64,000 nucleotides of DNA, from assembly GCA_963775425.1 (NCBI GenBank), contig CAVZJB010000004.1, forward strand, positions 544,001 through 608,000, given 5' to 3'. The translations under genes were made by a program, and so were the position numbers. The DNA comes from an uncultured delta proteobacterium (GTDB taxonomy: Bacteria; Myxococcota; UBA727; VGSZ01). Position 1 is the first letter of the stretch. Each line of letters starts with the position of its first letter. This document shows, piece after piece, positions 19,164 to 28,214 of this stretch. The notes beneath the pieces are model-generated. The model was not told the origin of the DNA and did not search any database. It saw only the letters and a program-made list of their open reading frames with translations.

Positions 19164-20096
19164 TCAGAAAAACCCGAAGCGCAGCGCCGCCGACGCCGAC
19201 GCCGACGCAGGCCGATTCATGCCGGCGTGCGAGAGCGGGACGCCGGAGCTCAGTCCGACGAGGAGCGTCCAATGCGGATCGACCTTCCACGACGCCAGGG
19301 CGCCGGCGGACACCACGAGCGCGTTCGAGCCTTCGGCGACCTTGCCGTCGAGCGTGTACGGCGCGTCCCACACGATGCCCGCGCTGCCGCCGACGACGAC
19401 GCCACCGGCGACCTCGGCGCCCGCGGAGACGCCGGCGGCGGCGGTGGGGCCGAGCGCCTCGACGCCGCCCTTGACGTGAAACGGCATGTACGCGGTGGCC
19501 CCGAGGTCCGCGTGCGCGAAGAACGCGCCGAGCGTCTTGTCCGCGGACAGCGCGGCGCCGGCGCCGAACGCGCCGCGGCTGGTGGCGTCGGTGGCGAGCG
19601 GCGCCCTGGCCTCCTCGGGGCGCCGGCCGGTGGCGAACAGCGCCGAGCCGATGACGGCGACTGTGGGCCACGCGCCCGCCGCGCGCTCGTCGGCGATCTG
19701 CCAGCGCAGGCTGCCCTGGGCGTCGCCGAGCGCGGCGCCGGCGCCGCCCGCGTCGCCCACGCCGCGCGCGGTGGCCACCGCCGGCAACGACGCCGACAGC
19801 TCCAAAGACGGCGCGAGGCGCAGGAGCGCGTACGGCTCGAGGCGTAGCTCGTCCTCGTGGTAGCCGCCGCTGTTCGGGTGGAAGGCGCCGGCGGCATCCC
19901 AGGTGCCGAGCGTGTCGGCGAGCGAGAGCCGCGCGCCGAGCGCCGCTTGCTCCCACATGGCCAGGCGCCCCACGCCGAACATCGCCGACGTCATGCAGCA
20001 GCCCGCCGCTCGCGCCGGGGATGACGCGAGCGCGAGAGCGACGACGACGCCGGCGACCGACGCGGCCGCGGATATGCACGTGGGTCTAGGGCACAT
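19164..20096 (-). CDS. Putative outer-membrane beta-barrel/transporter with N-terminal CC motif
   Basis: Signal peptide ..PARA-AGCCM; alternating amphipathic strands; GAALGDAQGSLRWQ; C-terminal ALRFGFF. Confidence 0.6.
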   Translation of the reverse strand: MCPRPTCISAAASVAGVVVALALASSPARAAGCCMTSAMFGVGRLAMWEQAALGARLSLADTLGTWDAAGAFHPNSGGYHEDELRLEPYALLRLAPSLELSASLPAVATARGVGDAGGAGAALGDAQGSLRWQIADERAAGAWPTVAVIGSALFATGRRPEEARAPLATDATSRGAFGAGAALSADKTLGAFFAHADLGATAYMPFHVKGGVEALGPTAAAGVSAGAEVAGGVVVGGSAGIVWDAPYTLDGKVAEGSNALVVSAGALASWKVDPHWTLLVGLSSGVPLSHAGMNRPASASASAALRFGFF

Positions 20097-20538
20097 CGAA
20101 CGAGGGCGCCGCGCTGCCGCTGGCCGGACCGCTCAACGACGTGCGCAGCTCCCACTCGCCGGGCATGATGAGGTCGACGTTGTCGACGAGGTAGCGGCCG
20201 TCGCCCTGGTCCGTTGCCGATGGGACCACCGATGTGCCGTGGCCCATGCGCGGCATGTACGGGGTGATCTGGATGTCGAGACCCGGCACGCCCTGCCCGT
20301 CGACGTCGACGACGCGGAGCTCGAACGGCACGACGCCGACGATGGGCGGCTGCGGGTCGCTGCGCAGCTCCAGGTGGAGCGCGCCGTCGTCGGTGTCGAC
20401 GGCGACGAGCGCGTCGTCGGGGAACACCGGCGGGCCGTCGTCGACGGGCGCGGCGGGCGCCGCACCGCAAGCCGACAGGCCCAGCGCAGCGACGACGCCG
20501 GCGAGGGCGGGCAGGCAAACCGGGACGAGACGGGGCAT
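20086..20538 (-). CDS. YtkA/FixH-like lipoprotein (copy B1)
   Basis: LSAC lipobox; ITPYMPRMGHG; GDGRY..NVDLIMPGEWEL. Confidence 0.78.
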   Translation of the reverse strand: MPRLVPVCLPALAGVVAALGLSACGAAPAAPVDDGPPVFPDDALVAVDTDDGALHLELRSDPQPPIVGVVPFELRVVDVDGQGVPGLDIQITPYMPRMGHGTSVVPSATDQGDGRYLVDNVDLIMPGEWELRTSLSGPASGSAAPSFDVP

Positions 20539-20607
20539 CGCTGCGAGCTTATCGCGCAGAGCGGCGCGCGTCTCGGCCGGAGGGACGATGTGTGGCCCGC
20601 CGCACGC

Positions 20608-21183
20608 TCAGGGCACGTCGATGAAGAACGCCGCGTGACCGTGCTGCGAGGTCTCGCTGTCGACGCAGTTTTCGTAGAAGTGGAAGCGGACGGTCCAGCG
20701 CCCCGGCGCGTCGAAGCGCACCGGCGTGATGGTGTAGACGCCGGCATCGCCCTCGGTGGTGGCGGTGCCGGCGTTCGGCGCGGGGTGGTTGTCGTCGAGG
20801 AACACCTCGGCGCGCGCGTTGGCCCCGGCGGCGGGGGCGTCGTTGTCGGCGAGCTTGGTGGCGGTGACGGTGAAGGTGACGTCGGCGCCCTCGGTGACGT
20901 CGGAGACGGAGTACTTCACGTGGTACTTGCAGTCGTCGTCGTCACCCTCGGTGTTGAACATCGTCGCGCCGTAGTCGTCGTCGCCCGCGTCGCCTTCGCC
21001 CTCGCCCTCGCCGACGCCGTCGCAGACGGCCGGGTCGGTGAGCACCGGCGTCACGCCCTGGCAGTGGGTGTCGGCGGCGCCGTCGACGGGGCCGCCGACG
21101 TCGGCGGGAGGGGGGCACCCGGTGAGCGCGGCGACGGCCGCGAGGAGCGGGACGGAGGCGAGGGAGAGATGGGAGATGCGCAT
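20608..21183 (-). CDS. His/Cys-rich YtkA-like lipoprotein (copy A1)
   Basis: LTGC lipobox; HCQG, GEGEGEG, DDDDCKYHV, GVYTITPVRFDAPGRWTVRFH, QHGHAAFFIDVP. Confidence 0.72.
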   Translation of the reverse strand: MRISHLSLASVPLLAAVAALTGCPPPADVGGPVDGAADTHCQGVTPVLTDPAVCDGVGEGEGEGDAGDDDYGATMFNTEGDDDDCKYHVKYSVSDVTEGADVTFTVTATKLADNDAPAAGANARAEVFLDDNHPAPNAGTATTEGDAGVYTITPVRFDAPGRWTVRFHFYENCVDSETSQHGHAAFFIDVP

Positions 21184-21218
21184 GGGGAAGGCGTACCCGG
21201 ACGCTCTCTCGAGGTCGA

Positions 21219-21235
21219 TGCGACACAGCGCCGCA
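21219..21235. promoter_or_regulatory. RegA/PrrA-type binding box
   Basis: TGCGAC-ACAGC-GCCGCA, about 36 bp upstream of the 21183 start. Confidence 0.6.
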
Positions 21236-21339
21236 CGCGCCGTGTCCGCGCCGCGCTCGCCCTCGCCGCGGCTCTCAGAGGCTGATCCGCGTCATCGAGA
21301 CCGCCGCGAGTGGCCACGAGGGCTGGCCCGATGGACCGT

Positions 21340-21972
21340 TGATCCGAGCCACCCGGAAGGGGACGGTGCTACGGCCACACGGCGGAGCGGAAAGGAGCTG
21401 CGAGCTCGGCGACGATGACGCGCGCCGAGTTGAGCGCCGGGGCGCCGAGCTCTCCGCTCCTTTCCGCTCCGGCGGCCGTGTGCTCGGTGGGCTCGACCTC
21501 GACGGGTTCACAGCGAGCGCCAAGGCCGTGCAGTTTGGCGGTGGGCGCCCGATTACGAGCCCGCGGATGCTCGTCACGGTGGCGACGGAAGGCAAGGGAT
21601 CGGGAGCGCCCGGGAGATCCCGCCACCTCGGCCGCGCGGGGCCGGCGATCGCGGCAAGCACCAAAAGCAGTACAGGGCGTGGATGAAGAGCGCCGCAGCG
21701 AAGGCGCGATACCGCACGCGCCCTGGTCTCGCCGAGCACGCCAACGCCGTCGACACGCTCTACGTACGGGGGCTAGCGAAGGTGACGACGGTCGCCCTGA
21801 TGGCAGCCGTGGCCTTCAACCTGCTGCAGAACCTCGCGAAGCTCACCGCCTGAAGTCCGCGCCGACGTCGCATCGAGGCACGTCGGCGCGCACACGACCC
21901 GCACGAACCCGCCACGTGCGCTGATAGCGGGATCACAACACCGCTCGGACCCGCCGTTTCCTCACAACCTGC
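21340..21972 (+). mobile_element. Internally deleted IS1182-family transposase remnant
   Basis: N-terminal fragment LDLDGFTASAKAV..GRPITSPRML; C-terminal fragment (21683-21853) MKSAAAKARYRTR..LAEHANA..VRGLAKV..VALMAAVAFNLL; TTTCCTCACAACCT IR-like end near 21957-21970; codon usage differs from neighbours. Confidence 0.65.
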
Positions 21973-22077
21973 AGCGGTTCTTGCGCGCCGACGTGCCTCG
22001 CCACGTACTCCGCGCGGCGAGCCACCTTGTGGGCGGCTTCGCCGAGTGCTGCTACGCCTTATTTTTTCGTCAGCCTT

Positions 22078-22626
22078 TCACGACTTCGGCGGCAGTTTTT
22101 GCAGCTTTCTCTGCAGCGAGCGCCGATGGATGCGCAGGCGCCGCGCCGCCTCCGAGACGTTGCCCTCGCAATCGGCGAGCACACGGTGGATGTGCTCCCA
22201 CTCGGCACGCGCGAGGGAGACGTCGGGGATCGCGACCCCGCCGGACGGCTCGACGACGTCCTCGAGCCCGAGCGCCGACAGGAGCGCCGCGACGGTGACG
22301 GGCTTTTGCAGGTAGTGGACGGCGCCGGCCTGGATGGCGTCGACGGCGGTGGGCACGCTGCCGTATCCCGTGAGCACCACGATGCGGGTGTGCGGGTCGA
22401 TGGCGAGCAGGCCGCGCAACACGTCGAGGCCGGTGATGCCCGGCATGCGCAGGTCCACGACCGCGAGCTCCGGCGGGTCCGCGCGCGCGGCGAGGAGCGC
22501 CGCCTCGCCGTCGCCCTCGGTGCGCACCGACAGGCCGCGCTCGCGCAGCGCCGCGGCGAGGCGCGTGCGAAAGGGCTCGTCGTCGTCGACGAGGAGCACG
22601 CTCGGGGCGTCGGCGTCGGCGCTCAC
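22078..22626 (-). CDS. regA: RegA/PrrA/ActR-family response regulator
   Basis: LLVDDDEPFR, VVDLRMP, LTGYGSVPTAVDAI, SLARAEWEHIHRVLADCEGNVSEAARRLRIHRRSLQRKL. Confidence 0.9.
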   Translation of the reverse strand: MSADADAPSVLLVDDDEPFRTRLAAALRERGLSVRTEGDGEAALLAARADPPELAVVDLRMPGITGLDVLRGLLAIDPHTRIVVLTGYGSVPTAVDAIQAGAVHYLQKPVTVAALLSALGLEDVVEPSGGVAIPDVSLARAEWEHIHRVLADCEGNVSEAARRLRIHRRSLQRKLQKLPPKS

Positions 22627-23813
22627 CGAAACCTCCAGACGGCGCGCGTCTCGACGCCGGGCGTGGAGGTGAGCTCGAGGGCACCACCGAGCTGCTCGGC
22701 GAGCGAGCGCGCGACGAATACGCCCAGGCCCATGCCTTCGCCCGGGGCACGCGTGGTGAAAAACGGCTCGCCGACGTGCGCGAGCGCGTGCGCCGGGATG
22801 CCGGCGCCGTGGTCGACGACGGCGACGGCGAGGCCGGGACCGGCGACGACGCTCACCTCGCCCGGGCCCGCGACGAGCGCGTTGCGCACGAGGCCGCGCA
22901 GCGCGCCGGCGACCGCGCGCCCGGGCACGGTCACCTCACGATTCTCGACGATCTCCACGATCACGCGCTCGCGCCCTCGCACGCCCTCGAGCGCCATGTC
23001 GACGAGCGCGCGCAGCGACAGCGGGCCGATGGCGTCGCTGGCAGCGTGGCCCCCGTCGAGCGCGAGCTGCTCGAGGATGGCTCGGCAGCGCGACACCTGC
23101 TCGAGCACGAGGCGCGCGTCGCCGCTGCGCGCGTCGCCCGGGTCGAGCTTGCGCAAGAGCTCCTCGGCCGCGACCCCGATGGTCGCCAGCGGCGTCGACA
23201 GCTCGTGCGCCGCGCCGCCCGCGAGCGTGGCCAGCGACGCCAGCCGGGTGTGGCGGGCCTCCAGATCGCGCGCGCGCCGCACGGCTCGCTGGACCCGGTT
23301 CACGAACAGGCACACGAGGCCGGCGGCGACGATGAACGCCACCCACATCCCCTTGAGGTGCAGCGCCATGTGCTCGTGGTGGTGGCGCGACACGTCCGTG
23401 AACAAGAAGAGGAGCCCGTACGCCACGGTGGCGATAACGGCCACCGCCCACGCGCCCGCGCCCCCGAGCACCACCGCGGCGAGGCTCACGTGCACCAGGT
23501 AGAGGAACGTGAACGGGTTGAACGGCCCGCCGGTGAGCGCGAGCAGGAGCGTCAGCGTGGCGATGTCGGCGACGAGGATGATGACCAGCGCCCCGCGGGG
23601 CACGCGGGTGACCCGGCGTCGCGCGACCTCGAGGGCCGCGTTCGCCAGCGCGTTGGCGACGACGACGGCGACGGCGCGCCCGACGGCGACCTCGTCGGGC
23701 GCGAGCCAGAGCACCGCGGCGAGCACCGCCGCTTGGGCGAACACCGCGCCCCAGCGGAGCCGCACGAGCTCGCGCAAATGGATGACACCCTCGTCCTCAC
23801 GGCCCGTCGCCAC
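22623..23813 (-). CDS. regB: RegB/PrrB-family membrane sensor histidine kinase
   Basis: LVRLRW, GGPFNPF (GGxxNPF), HLKGMW, AAHELSTPL H-box, RCRAIL Cys, GEPFFTT, GMGLG. Start taken at GTG 23813 (ORF track: 23921) because a RegA box lies at 23847. Confidence 0.88.
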   Translation of the reverse strand: MATGREDEGVIHLRELVRLRWGAVFAQAAVLAAVLWLAPDEVAVGRAVAVVVANALANAALEVARRRVTRVPRGALVIILVADIATLTLLLALTGGPFNPFTFLYLVHVSLAAVVLGGAGAWAVAVIATVAYGLLFLFTDVSRHHHEHMALHLKGMWVAFIVAAGLVCLFVNRVQRAVRRARDLEARHTRLASLATLAGGAAHELSTPLATIGVAAEELLRKLDPGDARSGDARLVLEQVSRCRAILEQLALDGGHAASDAIGPLSLRALVDMALEGVRGRERVIVEIVENREVTVPGRAVAGALRGLVRNALVAGPGEVSVVAGPGLAVAVVDHGAGIPAHALAHVGEPFFTTRAPGEGMGLGVFVARSLAEQLGGALELTSTPGVETRAVWRFR

Positions 23814-23846
23814 GGGCTCCCATAGCAAGGCTGCGCCGTCCGCGCC

Positions 23847-23863
23847 TGCGACACGGTGCCGCA
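23847..23863. promoter_or_regulatory. RegA/PrrA-type binding box (autoregulatory)
   Basis: TGCGAC-ACGGT-GCCGCA, about 34 bp upstream of the in-frame GTG of regB. Confidence 0.6.
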
Positions 23864-23922
23864 CGTGAGCGGCGGGCGCCGCTGCGGGAGCGAGACGCGG
23901 CGGCGCGGCGGCCGCCCTCATC

Positions 23923-24645
23923 TCAAGGGTTGAGGAACGTGATCAGGTCGGCGACGTCGTCGTCGCTCAACTGTTCCTTCGTGAACGGCGGCATGCTCCC
24001 GCCGATGCCGAAGAACGCGCCGTGGCGGATCTTCTCGATGACAACGAGGTCGGCAGGAAAGCCGATCTCCTTGGCGAAGCTCTCGCTGGCTTCGGGCACG
24101 AGCACCGCCAGCTCCGTGAGCCGCCCCTCGCCTGTGTGGGGCGCGCCGTGGCAGACCGCGCACGCGTGATCCCAGATGTCGGCGCCGTGGCTCGCGTCGC
24201 CCTTGGGCAGCGAGACGACGTTTTCGACGATGGTGAGCGGCAGCGTGTCCTCGCCCGCATCTCCACCGGGCGCGTCGGCGGCGCTCGAGAGGTACTCGTA
24301 GATCGCGCGGGCGCGCGGGTCGTCCCGGGTGAACGCCGTTCCCCGCATGAAGAACGTGAAGCACGCGTTGGTGGCGTCGAGGAGGTTCGTCGAGTACCCG
24401 CCCCAGAAGCGCGTGCGCCGCGCCGCGTTCTTCAAATCGTAGCCCGCGAAGACGCGGTCACCGGGGTCGCCCATGGCATGGCACGTGGCGCAGGAGAACT
24501 TGTTGACCTCGCTGTCGGCGAGCCGCGCGTCGTTGAAGAGCTGCTCGCCGACGTCCTTGGCCGGGACGGGGCCGCAGCCCGCACCGAGCCCCATGAGCAG
24601 CGCGGCGCCCGCGAGCGTGACGACGAGCGGCGTGCGGGGCGTCAT
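23923..24645 (-). CDS. Diheme c-type cytochrome lipoprotein
   Basis: GAGC lipobox; CATCH and CAVCH; NACFTFFMRG; GGSMPPF. Confidence 0.85.
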   Translation of the reverse strand: MTPRTPLVVTLAGAALLMGLGAGCGPVPAKDVGEQLFNDARLADSEVNKFSCATCHAMGDPGDRVFAGYDLKNAARRTRFWGGYSTNLLDATNACFTFFMRGTAFTRDDPRARAIYEYLSSAADAPGGDAGEDTLPLTIVENVVSLPKGDASHGADIWDHACAVCHGAPHTGEGRLTELAVLVPEASESFAKEIGFPADLVVIEKIRHGAFFGIGGSMPPFTKEQLSDDDVADLITFLNP

Positions 24646-25907
24646 TGGGGCACCCGCATGGCCGCGATGTCATCGGGGAAGATGCCGAGCGTGACCTTCC
24701 CCAACAGCGCGTGAGGCGGCGCGGCGTCGAACACCAAGAAGCTGCCCGGGTTCGTGTGGTCGCCTTCGCAGACGGTGAAGATCTTCGTGCCGTCCTCGTT
24801 GAACCGCGCCACGTGGGGGAGCACGCAGTCCGACGGGCTCACGAAGATGGTGGACTCGAACGTCAACGTGCCGCCGCTGACGTCAAAGAGGGTGACGCCA
24901 TCGGTGTTCTGATGCGCGATCAGCATGGTGTCGCCGCGCACGTCGCCGAACGACGCTACGCCGGGGAGCTGGAACTTCTGCCCGTTGAGCGAGCGCGAGG
25001 GGATGTCGACGCCGATGACCTCGCCGCTGCTGAAACACGACACCCACGCCGTCTCGCCGTCGACGGTGATGCCGTACGGCTGGCAGATGGGGTTGTCGAG
25101 CGTGCCCGGGTTGTCGATCACCTGCAGGACGTCGACGTGGTGGTCGTCGCCGACGAGGTCGATGATGGCGACGTGGTCGTTGTAGCAGGAGGTCACCGCC
25201 GTCGAGGAGTCGGGGGTGAAGCCGATGCCGTGCGCGGCCGGACACGTCTCCACGAACGTGGGCTTGTCCATGGTCTCCGGGTCGATGATGGCGAGCCGCG
25301 AATCGACGTCGGGGCCCTCCGTGATGCCGTTGCCGATCGCCGTGGTGACCTTGGCGAGATCGAAGTGCGACGCCACCAGCGTCTTTCCGTCCGGCGTGAG
25401 CCGGATGTCGCCCGGGTTCGGGTCCACGCGCGACGCGGCGACGAACGAGTTGTCCGAGACGCGCATCTTGACCATGTGCCCCGGGATGGTGCCGGCGCCG
25501 TGGACGCCGTGCGGCCCCGAGCCCGAGCCGGGCACGAAGTTGGAGACCCCGTAGTAGTAGAACTGGCCGTCGGCGCCGGCGACGCAGTGGTGCGGCCCCT
25601 CGCGCTCCACCGGCACGAAGCCCGCCGGCACCTTGCCGAGCAACACCGGCGCGCCCGCGTCGGCGCTGTCGAGGTCGATGACGCTGATGGTGTCCTCGAG
25701 GTTGTCGGTGACGTAGATGCGGCCCTCGCCCGGCCCGGGCGACGGCATGAGCGGCGCCGTGGGCCACACCTTGTCCGCGGGGATGTCGAACGTCATCACC
25801 GGCAGGTGGTCGGGGTCGAACGTGCACCCGGCAGCGGCGCCGCCGGCCGCGACGACGGCGACGACGAGCTCCACCAGGCGTGCGCGCGCGCGCTCTCTCG
25901 TCGTCAC
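24642..25907 (-). CDS. YncE/YVTN-like beta-propeller lipoprotein
   Basis: GTG overlapping the upstream stop; AAGC lipobox; RIYVTDNLEDTISVID, NPGDIRLTPDGK, AHGIGFTPD repeats; EGPHH and GPHGVHG. Confidence 0.78.
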   Translation of the reverse strand: MTTRERARARLVELVVAVVAAGGAAAGCTFDPDHLPVMTFDIPADKVWPTAPLMPSPGPGEGRIYVTDNLEDTISVIDLDSADAGAPVLLGKVPAGFVPVEREGPHHCVAGADGQFYYYGVSNFVPGSGSGPHGVHGAGTIPGHMVKMRVSDNSFVAASRVDPNPGDIRLTPDGKTLVASHFDLAKVTTAIGNGITEGPDVDSRLAIIDPETMDKPTFVETCPAAHGIGFTPDSSTAVTSCYNDHVAIIDLVGDDHHVDVLQVIDNPGTLDNPICQPYGITVDGETAWVSCFSSGEVIGVDIPSRSLNGQKFQLPGVASFGDVRGDTMLIAHQNTDGVTLFDVSGGTLTFESTIFVSPSDCVLPHVARFNEDGTKIFTVCEGDHTNPGSFLVFDAAPPHALLGKVTLGIFPDDIAAMRVPQ

Positions 25908-27346
25908 TCGGGCTCCCCGCACGCGATCCAGGCGAGCAGCGTGGTGCGCTCGTCCGGCGCGAGCTTCCCGTCCGCGGGCATGGTGCACGCGGCGACGTCG
26001 GCGAGCATGTTGTCGTGCTGGTCGATCGCGCCCTGGCGCGTGTCGAGCGGCTCGGCGGCCGCGGCGCCGTCGGCGGTGTGGCAGTACACGCAGCTCTTCT
26101 CGAGGATGGGCGCGACGTCCGCGGCGTAGCTCGGCGGCGTCGCGGGGCACGAAGGCGCGCCGTCGTCGGGGCAGTCGAAGGCCGGCCCGAAGTCCGGGTT
26201 GGCGACGAAGCTCTCGTCGGTGAGGCTCGAGAGGAAGGCGAGCAAGCCGTTCTTCTCGTCGTCGTCGAGCGTGAACCCCTTCACCAGAGGGTCCTTGAGC
26301 GGGTTCTGGCTGCCGTCGCCGGCGTTGTCCTCGCCGTCCGCGATGGCGCGGCCGGCGTGCGCGTATTGATCGACGAGCACGCTGTCGAGCGTGGCCATGG
26401 AGCCGTCGTGCATGTACGGCGCCGTGAGGTCGATGTTGCGCAGGCTGGTCGCGCGGAACTTGCCCATGTCGCCGTCGTCGTCGGTGAAGTCGATGAGGCC
26501 GCGATCGCCTGCGGGGTACGCGCCGGCGCCGTCGACGTTGTACAGGCCGGTGTTGTGATAGACAGCGGCCACCGGGAACGCGTCCGTGGTGGACGTGGAG
26601 GTGTCGGCGAGGTTGAAGTCGCCGTGGCAGTGGTAGCACTCGCACTTCTCGGAGAAGAAGAGCGTGAGCCCCCTCTTGGCGTCGTCGCTGAGCGCGGCGT
26701 CGTCGTGATCGTTGAAGTAGCGATCGTAGGGCGTGTCGCCCGACAGGAGCGTGCGCTCGAACGACGCGATGGCCTTCTTGACGTTGGTGGTGGTGAACGG
26801 GTCTCGCTCGTCGGGGAAGGCCGCGGTGAAGAGCTGCGCGTAGGTGTCGTCGTCGCGCAGGGCGGAGACGATGTCCGCGTCGATGCCCGAGAGCCCGAGC
26901 TCGACGGGGTGCTCGGAGAACATCGGGATGTCCATCTGCTTCTCGAGCGTGCCCTGCGCGGGGTTGGACCACGTGTTGGCGACGTTGTACGCCACGTTGG
27001 TGAGGCTCATGGCGTTGTGCTCGGTGAGGTCGCCGGTGGCGCCGCGCGCGCGGACGCGGCCGTCGGTGAAGCCCTTCACCTGGATGTGGCAGGTGCCGCA
27101 CGACGTGGTGCCGTTCACCGACAAGCGCTTCTCGTAAAAGAGGTGGTGCCCGAGCTCGACCTTCTCGTCGGTCATGGGGTTGTCGTCGGGCACGCGCGGG
27201 GTCGGCAGCGCGGGCGGCGGCGGGTGCCGCTCGAAGAAGTCCTTGGGCTTGCGCGGCGTCGGCGGCGGACACCCCGCGAGCGAGAGCGCCGCGGCGAGCG
27301 TCGCGAGAGGCGCCCCCAGCGCCACGGCGACCGCCCTCGCCTTCAT
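25904..27346 (-). CDS. mbnH: MbnH-like di-heme enzyme (bCcP/MauG superfamily) with fused third c-heme domain
   Basis: LAGC lipobox; PDDNPMTDEKVELGHHLFYEKRLS..SCGTCH; CYHCH; YHNTGLYNVDG; GKFRATSLRNI.LTAPYMHDGS; extra C-terminal CVYCH domain; directly follows MbnP. Confidence 0.88.
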   Translation of the reverse strand: MKARAVAVALGAPLATLAAALSLAGCPPPTPRKPKDFFERHPPPPALPTPRVPDDNPMTDEKVELGHHLFYEKRLSVNGTTSCGTCHIQVKGFTDGRVRARGATGDLTEHNAMSLTNVAYNVANTWSNPAQGTLEKQMDIPMFSEHPVELGLSGIDADIVSALRDDDTYAQLFTAAFPDERDPFTTTNVKKAIASFERTLLSGDTPYDRYFNDHDDAALSDDAKRGLTLFFSEKCECYHCHGDFNLADTSTSTTDAFPVAAVYHNTGLYNVDGAGAYPAGDRGLIDFTDDDGDMGKFRATSLRNIDLTAPYMHDGSMATLDSVLVDQYAHAGRAIADGEDNAGDGSQNPLKDPLVKGFTLDDDEKNGLLAFLSSLTDESFVANPDFGPAFDCPDDGAPSCPATPPSYAADVAPILEKSCVYCHTADGAAAAEPLDTRQGAIDQHDNMLADVAACTMPADGKLAPDERTTLLAWIACGEPE

Positions 27347-28194
27347 GGGGCCGCCCCCACGCCGAACACGGACTGCGCCGGCGCCTCCTCGCCCGCGGCG
27401 AAGGGGAGCCCGACGCTGTGAAAGAGGCTCTCGCAGTCGGGGTCCGTCGGCTCGGACATGCAGCCCGGCGCGGTGTCGGCGGTGTTGTTGTCGATGTCCG
27501 CGCCCGACAGGAGCGCGCCCACGTCGATGGTGACGGCCTTGTCGGGGCTCCAGTCGGACAGGGAGATGGTCGGGCGGTTCGGGTGGTCGCATCCCTGGAC
27601 GACGCCGCCGGCGCCGACGTCGCAACCGGCGCTGCCGACGTGGCAGTACCAGCCCTCGGGCTGCCCGTCCGAGTAGATGTCGAGCTTGAAGAAGCGATAG
27701 CCCGCGGCCCACCCCCAGTAGAGCGACGAGAGGTTGAGCGGCGACGGCGCCTTGCTCGCGTCGGCGTGGTCGACGTCGTCGGGGACGCCCACGTCGAAGG
27801 TGACGCCGTCGTACGTGCCCTCGGGCGCGTGGACATTGACGACGGTGCGCGTGTCGGCGGTGCCCGGGCTGCACTTGCCCGTGCCGTCCTCGAAGTCCAG
27901 CAGCGCGACGCCCTTGGCCTGCCAGGGCGCCTCGTCGTCGACGGTGGCGTCGACGTCGCCGTCTGCGCCGTGCAGGCGCACGTGCGAGATGTACACGCGC
28001 AGGTCGCCGATCTGCATGGACGAGCCGCTGCTGCCGATGCCGGTGTAGCTCTGCCCGCACGCGAGCGGCGCGCCGGCCACGGTGGCGGCGAAGGTGAGCG
28101 AGACGGCCTGACCGGGATCGTCGGGAGGCGGACAACCACCGAGCCCGGCGGCCATGACGGCGACGACGGCGACGGTGAGGATGCGCATCTTCAT
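27343..28194 (-). CDS. mbnP: MbnP-family copper-binding protein (metallo-mystery pair, four-Cys)
   Basis: GGC lipobox; DLRVYIS, WQAKGVALLDFEDGTGKC, PSPLN..LYWGWAAGYRF (WxW), HVGSAGC, CDHPNR, PGCMS..DPDC. Confidence 0.9.
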   Translation of the reverse strand: MKMRILTVAVVAVMAAGLGGCPPPDDPGQAVSLTFAATVAGAPLACGQSYTGIGSSGSSMQIGDLRVYISHVRLHGADGDVDATVDDEAPWQAKGVALLDFEDGTGKCSPGTADTRTVVNVHAPEGTYDGVTFDVGVPDDVDHADASKAPSPLNLSSLYWGWAAGYRFFKLDIYSDGQPEGWYCHVGSAGCDVGAGGVVQGCDHPNRPTISLSDWSPDKAVTIDVGALLSGADIDNNTADTAPGCMSEPTDPDCESLFHSVGLPFAAGEEAPAQSVFGVGAAP

Positions 28195-28214
28195 GTCGTA
28201 CCACTCCAGAAGGG

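Noticed and set aside
11152-21364. Shared CCACCC(C)GGAAGGGGAC at about 11152 and 21349 as a riboswitch or regulatory RNA
   Set aside because: Short match only, one copy lies within the IS remnant, and no riboswitch consensus is recognisable
24642-28139. Apparent 1165-aa and 793-aa fusion proteins in the ORF track
   Set aside because: N-terminal extensions overlap real genes in other frames; true starts at 25907 and 27346 have lipoboxes and stop/start overlaps
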